64,000 bases of DNA from Takakia lepidozioides (Eukaryota; Plantae; Bryophyta), in contig CM060731.1 of assembly GCA_030704615.1 (NCBI GenBank), positions 62,744,001-62,808,000 on the forward strand. Direction: 5' to 3'. Under the pieces are notes generated by a model. The model worked only from the letters and a program-made list of their open reading frames with translations. It made no database searches and was not told the DNA's origin. Made by a program: the position numbers and the translations under genes. Positions 26,311 through 42,452 of this stretch are shown one piece after another (positions within the stretch are counted from its first letter, which is position 1; every line of letters starts with the position of its first letter).

Positions 26311-28376
26311 GCTAAGAGAAAACACACCCCTGCAGAGTACGTATTACCATCTGCTGCAGGCGCAAGTCTCTTACCAGACATTAACTGCACAGGTAATTAC
26401 CCCCTGCCTGGATGCCAGCTTCATCAGAGCCTTTTGCTCCCATCAAACATGGGTCGAAGCATTGATACACTTTGCTGGCGATGTCGGAATTTTCAGCAAA
26501 AAGTTTATGATCAGTAAGTTCAGTTCACCCTATTTGTTCATCATTGTGCGTTACACAATGTGTGCTATACATCATTACTTTGCACTGTGATATTGAAGGT
26601 ACTTCCTCTGCAGTGGATTTACATGTGGCTCTACTCACTTTTCCTTTCAAACTCCATCACATTGGACGACTGCAGATCTTGAGCCAGTACTTTGTCGCTG
26701 ACACGGTGGGTGGGATTGGGGCAGATATGACATTGAGGAGAGCAACTGGCCCACCATTGGGCAAGTGCCTAGTAGCTGGGCGTGTTGTGAAGGAAAGCTA
26801 TGGTGCCACCAAGCAGCAACACACATTCACAGTGAGGTATGCTTGGGGACCTTGGTGGACAAGCACATATGTTAATCATCAGACTGTTTGTCATAATGTT
26901 ATGGCATAGACACCAAAGTTCTGCTGGGTTATCCTGCACTGCCTCTCACTTTTCAGAGCTTCAGTCTGCTGTATTGGAAAATCTTCGCCACCTTGATGTC
27001 CTGAGTTCTTGCAAGTTGTTCAATAAAAACTTCTTCAAATGGACTTAATGTCGCAGAATGTGTCATAAGCAGATCGAGGTTCTATGGAGCCAGGTGTGGC
27101 AAACTTTCTCGTGTTCTGAGCTACTACTGGTTTCGATATGCAGTGAAGTTTTTCCTCTCTTTGGTGGATGTTTTAAGCTTCTCTCTCTTTCTTTCTCCCT
27201 CTTGCTTCTGAGTCACCTCTTTATCAGTTGGCCCCAGGTCATTGCAACAGGCATGTCAAGGCATGGCGTCACAATCCTAACCACCAACTATGTCTACTCT
27301 CTTTCCTGGCCCCCTCATTTTCACTTACTGGCCGTATTCAGTGATGAATGTTAACCACCTTCATTTGTGTGCACCTCTATTCTGATGCTTATGTCTCTGT
27401 TTCATTTTATTTTTCTTTTTGGATCATCCGGGAAATATGTGCTAACCATGCTGGAACGTGGTGTGTAATGAGCCTACGAGAGAAAGATGTACTCATAAGA
27501 CTCTGTTTTCTGTAGCCTATGAGGGAGAGAAACTGAGAGAGGGAGAGAGATTGAGATGGGGGTTTGAGAGATGAATGTGGGGTGTAGCCATGGCTCAATG
27601 AAGATAAGAGGATGGCAGCACTGGCAGAGAGAAGCATCTACGTGGGGCTGCTGCTCGCAGCATCAGAGCTGCTGTCAAGCCCTTTTTCCGTGACCCAAGG
27701 TTTAAAGGTATGTGCAAATCTCTCTTCTCCTTTGTTTGTGGATGGAGGAACCATCCCACTGAACATGCCACAAAATGCTGACAGAGCACACAAATCTCTA
27801 GGAGTGGCATTCTTGTAGATTTTGTGATAGTCCAGTCACCCAAATGAGAAACTCTCATTTGACCACGTTGTTCTATTTCACTTGCCAGGTATCTGTGTGT
27901 CAATGAATTTGCTTCTAGTACAGGATTCTGTTATGAACCGACTATTAGGTGTGATCATACAAGGGTAGTTCATGTCTAGATTACTGTAGCCAGCTTCGTT
28001 TGAAAAAAGTTTACTGTGCTCACATTTGTTATACCTCCTTTCGCAGGAAATGTCACCCAACAACTGAAAGAATGGTGCCCCAAATTGAAAAATTCAAGTC
28101 ATGACCACCCCTATCGCAAGCCCCCAAATCCTCCCTGAAGTCCCTGTGGCTTTTCAGTGCTCATTTCTTCACTGCCAAAATACTGCAGCGAAGGGATGTA
28201 TGCAGAAATGCTGCTCAAAGTGTTGTGTCAGCTCTGGCCAAAGATGCAGCACACGGTTAGTTGTATTTGCTTCAGCTGGACTCCACAAAATTAAGTCAGA
28301 TTCAAAAGTGAGAAAGTCAAAGAAGGGTAAGAACAAGCAACCAAGCAACCAGCTCAAATATGAGTACAGTTATTAG
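26311..28376 (+). pseudogene. Truncated zinc finger CCCH62/SAP-associated-family gene with a C-terminal Cys-rich domain
   Basis: Exon remnants INCT(G), GPPLGKCLVAGRVVKESYGATKQQHTFT|IEVLWS and WLNEDKRMAALAEKHLRGAAAR match motifs recalled for this plant family. The N-terminus and some internal exons were not found, and there is an in-frame stop in the last exon. Confidence 0.65.
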
Positions 28377-31300
28377 AAGGGGTTCCTTAATTTTGTGAGG
28401 GATGTAGTTCTCATATTTTCAACCACACACGGTGATTATGGTTTCAATTCAATCCTCAAACCTTCCATCAAGGCTTGGGTCCAGAGCAGTAGGCTCTGGG
28501 AATTCAACGGACATTAAACACACTTAACCTTAGCTTCTTGATAACTTTACAATCTTCATAATGCCAACCTAGCTGGTGAAGTTTCCTTTGGAAGCTTCTT
28601 GAAAGTGAAGAATCCTCTTTCCTCACTAATCATTTCAAACTGCAGAAGAGTCACCTTGGGCCAAGTACTCAATTCAAAATCAACTTTCAAGTAGAAATTA
28701 CGACTATGAGGAGGGCCTGGCTCAGAAATTGCAGCTGCAGATCATTGAAGAGCGCATTCGATCGGAGTCCATACGCTTTATGGTAGCCTACAAATCTCAC
28801 ATCGTTGTGTTCTTCATGGAACCAAAGTGAACTCTTCTCTATTCGCATCAAAACCTCTGTGTGTGCTGCAAGTTTTGGTGCTCCTTTTCCTTCATGCTTG
28901 TCTGGTGGGAGTCTATGGGGGTGCCATTCGAGGACAAACCAGTCGGTGCTTCCTAGTGTGGATATGCCACCCAATTGATGCGGATGGTGCTATTTCTTGT
29001 GCATCACAATGACAGGACTGCTTCAGGCAACGTGCTGCAGGAGACTTCAGGCGGAAAAAATGCTTTAGCACTTGGTGGTATTGAATGGAATACCACCCCT
29101 CCCTAAAGACCTCTACTGGTCTGGACTCGGAGGCCCTGTTAATCAAATTAGAAAAGCGAGGAAAAAATAAGCTCGGCAGGGCCATAAGGCAATACAATCA
29201 TGAGGAACCTCCCAAGACATCCGCAAAGGGCAGCTAGCTTACCGAAAGGTCCAGTGTAAGAAGAGCCTAGCTACAGACCATCGTGAACAAAACCAAGGCT
29301 TGAAGACCAAGGACTAAAAGCTTTGCAGTCAAGAAAGCCCAGAATTGTCACAGCTAAGCAGAACGGAGCAGACAAAAGAGAAAAAGCAAGGAGCTGTTTC
29401 TCCCTTCGCCAGCCTGGGCTCAAAGTTTAAGGGGTACGTATTCTCTTGTTTAGCTTTTGGAGCTGGTGAATATCCACGTGTAATGCTTTCGTCGCCCACC
29501 ACCAGAAAAATGTGACGTGGCATGACGTGGCATCCGATAGGTGGTGAGAAATGGATAGGCAGGGAAGTTTGGTAGCGACCAAAAGCTTTTGATTAAATTA
29601 TTGGAGGGCTTGGCACGGAGCGCATGCACGGGGCTTGTCCGCCTGCAATGATCAGGGGCAGGGCGGGGCCGGGTGGGGCCGGGTCGCCCTCCGCCCTTTT
29701 CTTTACCTTTTGCTTGTGCTCGGAAAGGGGGCGCCGCCAGAACGATGCGTCGTGCTGTGCTGTCGATTGTTGCTTGTCTCGCACTCCGCCACGTCACCGC
29801 ACTTCTGTTGCTTGTTATCCGCTACTCCACCAAGCCCGTTGTCAAATTCTCCCCTCCCTTTGTGTCTTGTGTAACTCCTCTTAGTACATTTTATACTTTG
29901 AAGCCAAATTTGGACTTGGTCAAATATTGAGACCAAGTGTGAGATATACCAACCGGACGCACCTTCAGTGTAACCCCGAGTGAAGCTACAGTCCTATACA
30001 GTCGTCAATCTTACTTAACTTGTGTAACCCCCAATGGAGTTAAGCACATTTCTACATCTATACTGATGAATATTTTAGCGTGAAGTAATATCAACTCAAT
30101 CAAAGAATCATTGTACTTATACATATGAATCTAGATATGATTCAAAACTGGGAAAATGAGAAAAGAAAAGGAAACGTCAATGGCCAATTCTCAGCACAAG
30201 AATTCTCAGCAAAGATCAGCAAAGATCAGCTTTTTAACAATTTCATGGGTGCCTGTTGTTGAAAAATTAATAGATTCATATATCACTCAACATTGCAAAT
30301 ATTCTGGATTTGAATTCTTTGAATCTAATAATTGCTTCCTCAATGAGATCAGGCTGTCCCCATCTTCACTGGGTCTCTCTATTCAATCAGAGTTTTCTGG
30401 TTTCATGTTTTCGGGTCCTATGCTTCTTGGAGAGAAGACTTCAGTTTTGCTGCCTCTGTCCTTCTGCTAAATCTGTTGAAGGATCAGTCTAGCATTCCTG
30501 TCCTGTTTGGGATTTGTTACGAGGTCATATCCTCTGGCATATATCTGGAAACCTAGTCAAACAGAGATGGTTTGCTGGCTTTTGATGATACCCGGCCTGG
30601 CCTCAGAAGGTTGTTTGAGGCCAGGAAGGCTTGGCGTGTGGTTGGTGCAGCTTTATGTAGATGCGGGGACAAGACAAGGCAACAACTGTTTGCTTGCTGC
30701 TTGGACGGCTCGTGGGGGAAACCTCATCTGCATGCGACTTACAGACTCGCGAGTGCAATGGAATGACTCCCTCCCTCCGTGCTGGGAGCAAGCGGGGTAG
30801 TCAAGTGCTCTTCTTGGCCACCTCTTTCTAGTTCCGTGTCCCCACCTCAGCCTTCATCCTTCTATTTAAATTAAAAGAGAAAAAAAATGCAAGGAAAAAA
30901 TAACCTTGCAAACTGTGCATGCATGAAGACAAAGGAATAAGCTGGCAGTGCCACCTACAGGCAGCTGGTCAAAAGTTGCAGGGAGAATGGGAAGCTACTT
31001 GTACAGATGAGGCCTGCTGCAGTTGGCGTGGTCTGTCCAAGTGCGGCCTGCCTTGCGGAGGGGTGCCCAGGCCTCTTTTGTCTGCAGCGCCTAGCGCATA
31101 TATAGTTTGAGACAGCTGACCAGTACGTGTGCAGAGGGAGGGGAGATCAGAGTTCTAGAGACTGTAGTAGAAGGGGTAATCATTATGTGCAGATTGCTGG
31201 GCAGTGCGATAAGTAAGAGTGCAATATGAGTGGAGCAACCTGACAGTGGCTTGCTTGCAGTACGCTGCAAGTCTGTTAGGTGGATAGAGTGTGGAAGATT

Positions 31301-31449
31301 ATGAAGTTTTTAGATTATAAGTATCCTCTCTTCAGGCATGATATGTAAAGGACTCATCTTGACGTAGGAGCTGGGACCCTGTCATCAGTGGCGAATGACC
31401 AGTGACTTTACAGTCTACCTAGTCGCATTAAACTGCAGACGATCTGCAG

Positions 31450-33616
<2,167 letters not shown>

Positions 33617-36600
33617 AAGCTAGCCTGAAATTCCCTACACACTAGAGATGGTCCTTGAACTTTACTAGCTGTACAGGAGGGTCTTTCACAGATGGAGTAC
33701 TTGAAGATATCATTCAGCGGATCCATCCTGTTCCCTTACACGACAGAAGTCTCCACTGTGTACATTGATTCCACCTAACATAGACCTTTATAGGCGCACA
33801 AGTTTCAGACTGCCAGATCTCCACGGGCATTGTTTCTCAGCTCCAAGTTAGCATTGGAGGCTTGAAATTATGTCAAAGTTGCTCAGATCTGACCTGTAAA
33901 TATCCAATAAAGAGGAAAGCTCAAGCTCTCCCTCCACACAGCTCTCTTTGTTTCTCTCTTTGGTGGGGTTCCAGTCAGAGAGAATAGAGAGGGCTTGACA
34001 TATGACTGATTTATGCTCCTTGACCTCTTCAGCCTGGCCAGTCGGCTCATGACTCTTCAAGCATGGCAGTCATTGGGCAACAGGAGGATATGGGATGTGA
34101 CTATAGTAGAGAGATGCATTGGTCTCGACTCTCCATCACCAACTTCCATTGTCTCTTGAAAAGCTTCTTCAGTAACCACCGACATATGACGATTAAATTT
34201 CTGAATTAATATAGGGATGGATGTCTAGCAAATTGGCTCTATATAATGCAATGTAGTTACGTTTCCGACTATGGGGGTTCACAAATTTGTTCTTTACGAC
34301 GAGGAAGAACAAGATTTGAACACTCCATATGCACCTACGGAAAGCCAAGGAACTCGTTGATCCATGTGCAAACGCTGAAACTGAATGTGACGAAGACGAA
34401 CCTATTTTAGATCCAGTGGCACAAGTGACAATTTCCAATGTTCAGGAGGAATTGCAGGTTGCAAATTGTCGACATGACACTATTGACAGAATTTTCAGTC
34501 GATTTGACATGTAACTCTGTAAATGTCATATTTTTTGAAATCATCTCTAGTCCTACCTTCCTTCGCTTAACCTCCTTCGCTGGGCATGTGACGTTGGAGG
34601 GATCTCTAACTCCCAACCTGGCCGTCGGGCCAACTTGGAGCTCTGGCTGCTTACCGGGGCATAACGGTCCTCTTTCATCTCCAAAAGAACCCTCCAACGA
34701 TTTGGAACCAGCGGAATTCCCTTTGGTAGTTGGCAGTCCGGAACAGCTCCCCACTCTTTAGTCGCTTTCCGGCTCGCTCGCTTACTCACTAGTTTTTGGT
34801 CACCAACGGGCTTGCACCGTTCTCGGGGTTACTACTCCCTATATATACTTCTGTAGCTGTCCGCGGGGGTTTCATAAACAACCATGCCATTTTATGGCGA
34901 ACCACCACGAACACCCTCAACTCGCGGTGATGAGTCGCGGTGAGTCTTGGATAAATGTTCAGAAGAGTCTTGGTCGCCCTCTTTAAGGTAATATGTTATC
35001 ACTCTGTTATTGTTATTTTTTTCTTACTCCCAAGGCGTAACAATAAAGGAGGGCCGACTGTAGTTTGTTTTGTTGTGTTTTGTTTTGTCGCGCCAGTCAG
35101 ATCTCCCAAACCGCAATGCCTCTCCCCGGGGTGCTCACACAACTGGAAGCCCTCAATGAGTAGGGGTGCTAATAAATTTATTTATTTATTTTTATTTTAT
35201 TTTATAAATAAATTTTTAGGGGTGCATTGAGGCAGTTTCATTATTTTTGGACCTGCGGTGTGGGAGATATTGAATTTCAAAGTATTTTTTATCACTAGAA
35301 ATTCATGAAAAAATAGAAAATAGGGCAAACTATATAACATATATAAAAGTTAAAAGGTAATAGGTTCATCTACCCTCCAGTTCATCCAAAGCTCATCCGT
35401 CCGGAATGAAAGTCGCAGGCTAGGGTTTGACGGGGAAGGAGTTGAGCGAGCGCTTGTTGCCGAGGACTCCTGACCTGTTGAGGACAGCGAGGCCAGACAA
35501 GGATGCGCGTGCATGATTGCGGGCACCTCACAAACTTATCTGAGTGAGAGAGAGAGAGAGAGTCTTCAGCAGGAGGTTGAGAAGGAGAGGAAGGATTGGC
35601 TTGGATAGGTTAGAGAGAGTATGAGGGCATGCATGTAGAAAGACCGGAAGATCGGCGCGTTTTCATCTGGGATGCATGAGTTCGTATAGACCGATGTGTG
35701 GAGGGATCGTCGCAAATTCTTATAACTTAGAGGAGTTCGTGCCCTTTCTATTGATTGTCCGACTGTGCCCGCACTCTGCCTGAGTTTCACCGTTTCTTCA
35801 AAGCTTTTTCGGCTTCTAAGGAGGTAGTCTGCCCAACTTCTTGGGAAAAACTTCCCAACATCGATATTTTTGTGCAACTGGAGGACAGTAGTCTACAGCC
35901 TCAGCATGGCAGGCAGAGAAGTCAGAGAATACACTAATTTGAGCGATCCGAAAGGTATGTTTACATATAGTCGCTTGGTTGTGCTGCCTTTGGCATTCCT
36001 CCTATTGCAAGTAAATAATATCAGCTGTCAGTCCAGGATGTGAGGATGGCATCCGGGTTGCATTATAGATTGCTCCATTTTCTTTTCGCTCCGTACCTGG
36101 TTGTGCCGAGGTGATGCCATATTGTAAAGTTAGTGACAGTTGTCGTCTGAACATTGACAGCTCGTAGGGGAGACGAAGTTCTGCAGTGTCTGAGTGTACA
36201 TTAATTGTGCTGCTTTGTCATATATCGTAGAGCCGTTTGTGGTCTGAGGTACAGCCTGACTTGAAGTTGTTTTGGCGTGTTGTGACAATGTTTGGACATG
36301 TGCAAAGTGGTGGTCGTGTTCCTAGTGTTCCCCTTCTTTGTTCCTTAGCATCCTTGGTTCCTATACGTTAACCACTTGCATATTCTCTTACTCTAGACTG
36401 GTTTGCAGTTTTTATGGTTGGTTTGCTGTGTAATCCTAGTAGGTTTAAAAAGAACAAGAGCATATGCATCTGTTGGTCTGACTGGAATGAGCAAGTATTC
36501 ATGACCACTTAGAGAAATGAAACAGCATAGCTGCAGGTTATGCATTTGTTGTCCCATAGATACCAGTGTTACTGTAACCTCCAATTATCTGGATGATTCA

Positions 36601-36951
36601 AATGGAAGATCGTGGTAGATAGCACCTTCCTACGCATGGAGGATTCAACGAGGCTGGCAGGAAGAGTTATGGAGTACACTAGTACTGAAACCTTAGGGAA
36701 TGACTTCTGATACGAGGTTCTTAAACGTCTAGAGGACATGGTGTTAAGATGATGTACGGATACGGAACCCTTCAGTTTTTTGTCACACTTTGGTTGAGCG
36801 CCAGAAAAACATTGAGGGGTTGCAAAGGTTATCATGTGCTTTTTGGTGTGTGAATTCGGGCAACTATGTCTCCTGGCCTTGCCCTTTCATAAACCCTACA
36901 AAGCAAGCTGTTGGGCACCCTTCTAACGCTGTTGTGGTTGCAAACAAGGTC

Positions 36952-39039
36952 ATGCTGGCAGACAAGAAGTGGAGTGCCAAAGGTGGTGTGAAAGACAAGA
37001 CTGATGATGAGGACCTCGCGTTCAAGCGCATGGTGGCCAAGGTTAGTGAACCTGGGGCCTGCTGGAACTTAAAAGTTTTTACTTCTGGGGGGTACAAGGG
37101 TCTTGTTACATCGGCATGAAGGGGGAAGTAAATACTGCCTATATTTGCTCAAATCTTCTTGCCATAGACACGGTTCATCTCTTTCTTGTTTTGATAATTT
37201 TACTGCAAGTTTATGTGAATGATGGGGTTGCATCCACTATTTGTCAGTTGCTCAGTTGGTTGGTGAACATCTTTTGAAAATCACTCACAGCTCTAGCTAG
37301 GTTATTAAAATGGATGGCAAAGGAAATGAGAGTGAGATTGTGAGAGGTCGTGGCTGGGTGTGAAGTCTTTGGATGTTCAAAGGCCCTTTTTTGAGAACTT
37401 GCCCTGACAGGGAATATGGCGGCACCTGGGATCGGATGATGAGAGCAGATGCAGGAGGTGGCTGGGGAACGTGGTGGTTACCTTCATGGCCGAGGCGGTA
37501 TATGCTCTCCTGATTCTTGTCCCTGATACTGTTGAGCATTGTCTTCTTTTTCCAGTAACTGTAAATGAAGTGCTATTGATATTGGATGAGTTGATGGGGA
37601 TTCTTTTATTGGACATCTATGATATGCTCCTGAATTTCAATTCAAAGACCTTCTGCTTAGAGATCTCAGGTATACATGCTGAAGTTAGTGTTTTACATTG
37701 AAAGGAACCTGCATATTCCTTCATTGTCTGGAGGGAAATGTTACTCTCTCTTTCTCTGCCGTCATGTTCTTAGAAAATTGATTGGGGTGGGAACTACAGC
37801 TCTGGACAGCGATGATTTACTATACTTGAAGGAGCAAATGGAAGCTGAGGATGATGCTGAGCGTCTGCGGCGACGAACAGAAAAGCGGGCTTTTGCAGCT
37901 TTTAAGATATCCTCCAATGTGGTTCATGTTTACTTGATGGATCTGCTAGCGCTCTATGCTATGCAAAATATATGTAGGCAGGTTGGGCAAAGGGGCTAGG
38001 AGCAAAATTTAAAATTTTCAAGTTCTAAGACTTGGGTCTGAAGTATGTTTCATGTGAGTATGTTTTAGCATTGTTGGGCTACTAGTACAGCAGTCAAACA
38101 TTCTGCTGCCAATATTGACCAAAGTAACTATTACTGATGTACTTACGCATCCAACGTATGATTAGCAGGTTTGGGACCTTTATCCCACTGCTTTATTGGG
38201 TTTGTCCCAACCTACTGTAAATTAGCGTGAGAATGGTTCGTGACAGTTTTATAGTCATCATCAACATGACTAGCTGTACATGCTGTGTCATTGACAATGA
38301 GATTCGCCAATGTCATGAGTCAGTTCTGGGTAAAGCTTTACTGTGTGGGTTGGCTATAGCATGTTTCAGAGGGCATCACTTTCCAGTTTATGGTAGGATT
38401 TGAGATATTGTAATCTTGACAAAGGCTAGCACAAAGCTGCAAGCCTCGCAGATGCAGCACCTGCTCCAGCTCTCCCACCCATTCGCGTGGAGCCTAAGCC
38501 TCGAAGTGGAATTAGGTAAAGCTTTCAAGTTATTTCCCCACCTAGAAGGACCAACGCTCTTTGATACTCAGTTTCTCAGTATAGGAACCATCAAATACAG
38601 CTCTTGAATCTTGGATGCAATGGATGGCAGACAACAGGTGCTGGTGAAGAGCATCGTGGAGGTGAAGCCCAAGAGGCCCCGCACTGGGGAACCGTCTTCT
38701 CATCGTGGTAGGGGGCACAGCGAGGATGCTGGCTCTCCCAGCACTAGCAGCCTCATGGAAGATATGAGAATGGAGGTGGCTAACAAGGCAGGCACCAGTG
38801 CGGCATCTCCTGACCAAACAAGCATGGTAATGGCAATGGCAATGACAAGTCCTAGTGGTGGGTTGCTGGGGCTGGCCTATGAGAGTTCTGATGAGGAAGA
38901 CAGCGATACAATGCAAGAGCAAAGCTCATCACAGGAAGTGAGGGCCACAGCAGCAGATAAATCACCACTAAAGAATGATCCTGAGGGCAACAGGTTGGAA
39001 AGTCGAGTTCAGAACAATCACAAAAATATGGATGTTTAA
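36952..39039 (+). CDS. Conserved plant protein of unknown function; exons 36952-37041, 37449-37497, 37800-37906, 38433-38515, 38631-39039
   Basis: Spliced reading DLAFKRMVAK|MQEVAGERGGYLHGRG|ALDSDDLLYLKEQMEAEDDAERLRRRTEKRAFAAFK|KAASLAD...VEPKPRSGIR|QQVLVK...GLLGLAYESSDEED stays in frame. A probable 5'UTR intron starts at about 35955. Confidence 0.85.
37907..38432 (+). other. U12-type (minor spliceosome) AT-AC intron
   Basis: 5' ATATCCTC, branch-like ATCTTGAC ending 12 nt before the terminal AC. Removal restores AAFK|KAASLAD. Confidence 0.88.
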
Positions 39040-39914
39040 ATGAAGCTTTTTGGGACATTATTGAGCAAATACTACCCTCAAGTTCATTTTCAGTTGCACC
39101 TGTGAGAAACAAATTTCTAGACTTCCATGTCTGTGAGAATCTTCTGGGAGAGTAGAGTTGTGGGGGGTGGGGGTATACTTGTCTTCTACTGTACTCCACA
39201 CAAGGAATTTAGGAAAGGAGAAGAGTACATGAAGTTGCATTTGCAAGAGACAGCTCAAGAGAAAGATGAAGAGTGTTAGGGAGATGAGACTCTTGTGGGG
39301 TATCCCCCTGAAGTGGTAGGACTGATTCAAAAGGCTTCATACTGCCTATTTTGGCAAAAATGTGGGTAAAATTGGATTGTTGATGGAGATGGAAGAGAGA
39401 CTATGACAAGAGCCATCATTCATAAATTCTTATGTCCTGAAAGACAGTGCTTTTTGTGGTGACAACAAGTGACCACTCCAGAGTGTGGAAAGTGAGGGTC
39501 CATATCCTTCAGCTGGTGGGGTCCCCGGATTGTGGTGTGAGTATTTCTACCTTATGACAGCTTCACTCTAACTAGTCAGTAGTGTTTGTTGAAGCTCAGC
39601 TATTTACGCCTCTTGGCTTGAAGCACTACTCCATGGATGGTTCCACATTATTTATTTCTTAATGAAATGTCAATGGAAATATTTATGTTTCAACCTACTT
39701 TAGGCGGCCTTCACTGTACTTTCCAAACAAAGAGGTGGACATAACATATATCAAGGTCACTTTACAAAGGAGGGAGTACCATTTGTGTAAAGTTCAACAT
39801 ATAACATCCCTACTGCAGCATAGTGTAAAATTTTAGGGAGTAAAAAAATGATAACAATTACAACCCTTATAACACATAAAGAGGGCACATTTAGCCAGGG
39901 TCGACGGTACCAAA

Positions 39915-40648
39915 CTTAAGGAGAAGACTACGCTTACCCGACGAGTTGAATGCAAGCGTGGGAGCCTTGCCGATACACTCGCGGGGGGTGGCCGTACCGG
40001 CGTCGTCCCGGCAGGGCGCGCTGTCAAATCCCCACCTCTTACTGGCTCCCCTCTCACTACCGGCCTGTATTTTAGGATAAAGCATTAAAAATCAGAGGGT
40101 GTGCAAGATGCGAATGGGAGTGTGGTGGTAAGGTGATATGCAACGTTGTGGGGAGGTCTGAGGTTCGAAACGCTACAGTCTAATAATGTTGAGTGACTGC
40201 TCGCTCCCCTGTTCCTGCTCCCCTCCTTGCCCTACGGCTCGCTCCCCTGTTCCCGGTCCCCGCTCCCCTCCCGCCCTATGGAATTTGGCTCGCTCCCAAA
40301 TTCCCGGTTCCGCTCCCCTCCTCGCGCCGTGGAACACGTCTCGCTCCCCTATTCCTAGTCCCCGCTCCCCTGCAATGGGGAGGAGCCGGTAACAGGGGAG
40401 CAAACTTGGAGAATGTTTGGGAACAAGGTCCTAAAGTTGGGAGCATGAGGAGAGAACAAGAGCATTCCCCACCTTCTCAAAATGGCTAGTAGTCTGCCAG
40501 AGCCTCTCCGAGTTCCGGCTAGCGGGGCCCACCATCTCACACGAATGGTGTGGTTCAACACCCACATAAGTCCTCACATTATTATTGTGTCATTGGAGGA
40601 CTTGCGGGAGGTCTAAACTCGTCGGGTAAGCCTAGTCTCTTCAACTTA
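39915..40648. mobile_element. MITE-like element with about 30-bp imperfect TIRs and internal GCTCCCCT repeats
   Basis: AGACTACGCTTACCCGACGAGTT (about 39925) versus AACTCGTCGGGTAAGCCTAGTCT (about 40616). TTAA lies near both ends. Confidence 0.55.
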
Positions 40649-41377
40649 ATAGAATATGTATATATAATGACGCCAACAGGAGCTAGCATAAGAGCCTCTT
40701 CCATTTGCAGGTATGGCCCTTTCGGGGGTGTGCTCTATCAGACCCAGAACCAGTTACGTAGTGGCAAGTTGGCCACTTTCAATCTTTCTTTTGTTGAGGA
40801 TTAAGGCTGTAAGTGACGTAATTGCTATGAAGTGTAGGGTTCGTAGAAGTGGGGTTGGTGTATTTTAACGGAAGTTTGAGGTTTTTTTTTAGAATTTGCG
40901 TGTTGTGGCAATGTGCTCCCCCTCTGACACCAGCGGTAATGATAGGCAAATGGGCAGTGTTCCATCCATGGTGACGACGGGCTAAGATGAGCAGTTCATG
41001 TTTTTCATGTTTATACATAATTGATTTGTTATGATCTCTATCACAAAATGTAAATTCTATTTTATAAATGGTGAGGGAGGGGTGTGGACCTGTTGCTATT
41101 GTTGATGAAAGAGCTAGTCCATGGATAAGTAGAATATCAGGACATAACCTTGCTAGACAATGACAAGGGATATAGGGACATGTGCAGGGTAGAAGCCATG
41201 GAGGTATTGTGTGGTCCGGTCGTCTACCTTGAAACGTACTTAGAATTACAATGCAACAAAAGAAGTTGGAAGATGCCAAACTCATTGGTTATTTCTGGTT
41301 ATATCTAATCCATGGAATATGGGGTGCTTACAATGGAGAATGAGGCCATGTGTCCACTTTGGGGGCTGTGCCTGACA

Positions 41378-41557
41378 ACCAGCCCAATGGTAATGGGCAC
41401 ATACCACATTAGATGTGGTTGTGGGTTCAAACCACGGTCTGGTGTGTCATGAAGGTGTCTAGTGTCCACCTTTCAGTTGGAAAGCAGTAAGCTCTTGTGG
41501 TGAAGAGACACCAGAATTTACGCTCCCTTCCATACGCGTCTATTTTTTATTTTTTTT
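41378..41557 (+). mobile_element. tRNA-derived SINE, copy 2
   Basis: CAGCCCAATGGTAA A box, GTGGTTGTGGGTTCAAACCAC B box region identical to copy 1, shared GTGTCCACCTT and GACACCA blocks, T-rich tail. Confidence 0.75.
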
Positions 41558-42452
41558 GCGTGGCATAATGTTCAATGCTTCTTAGGATATAATAAAGGCC
41601 AGAATAGATTTATTCTTTGATTATCTATGTATTGGCCGTATCGAAATCGTAGTGTTTGTGTGACTTGGGCGTCAGTAATTATAGGAGAGGTCCAAAAATA
41701 GTTGGACATGGCATGCACTAGGTGTGGGGAAGATACCCATTTTGATATGTATGGTATTGTGTAGGTGCGGGATAGTTGGAATTGTTCTTTGGTTTCCTTT
41801 TGTGACATATATGTGTGGATCTCCTATAGGTGCGATAGCATAGCACGGAGTCTCGCCATAGTTGAGACAAGCCAAAATGGATATGCGTGATGGATAAACT
41901 TAATAGATAAATTGTAGTTGTGTGCCTAATGTCCTAGCATAGGCCTTAGCTACAGGCCTCACGCTTAAGGGTTAAAGCCTTCACGGCCTTTCTTGGTGAT
42001 TATTTTCCACCTTTTCTAAATGCAATTATGATTGACTCAGTAAAAGGGCCTCTGTCCTTTTTTTTTAGTTTTTGTCCTGGTTTTTTTTTTAAATAGAACA
42101 GGGGGTCCACTTTCTTTCCCAAAACAATAAATATAAGCTTCTTCATTCATCCAGCAGGAAGGTTCTCTCTCTCCCTCAGCAGGTGGTATGTTTGCTTTAT
42201 GGCCCACCGGGGTTTTATTTTTCCCCTCATAAATAAAATATGGGGGCCTCATTCCCTTTATAAAAAAAGAAAATGTATAAAGTAAATAAATAAATTTTCG
42301 TCTGTTTCATGTTCATCTCACTCAGCACTGACTGTTTACTTCTCTGTTTTCTTCGATCTTCATGTAGCTAGTAGGCTATGGTTCGGGGAAGTTCCCCATC
42401 GGTTAGCCTTTACGGCCTCCCTGGTGGTTATTTTTTCCACCTTTTTTTAACC

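Noticed and set aside
33850-34790. Minus-strand ORFs downstream of the peroxidase
   Set aside because: Interrupted by stops with no family motif recognised.
35695-35783. uORF beginning MCGGI (ERF-VII N-degron-like)
   Set aside because: Short, preceded by an in-frame upstream ATG, no AP2 domain, and no conservation evidence. Likely chance.
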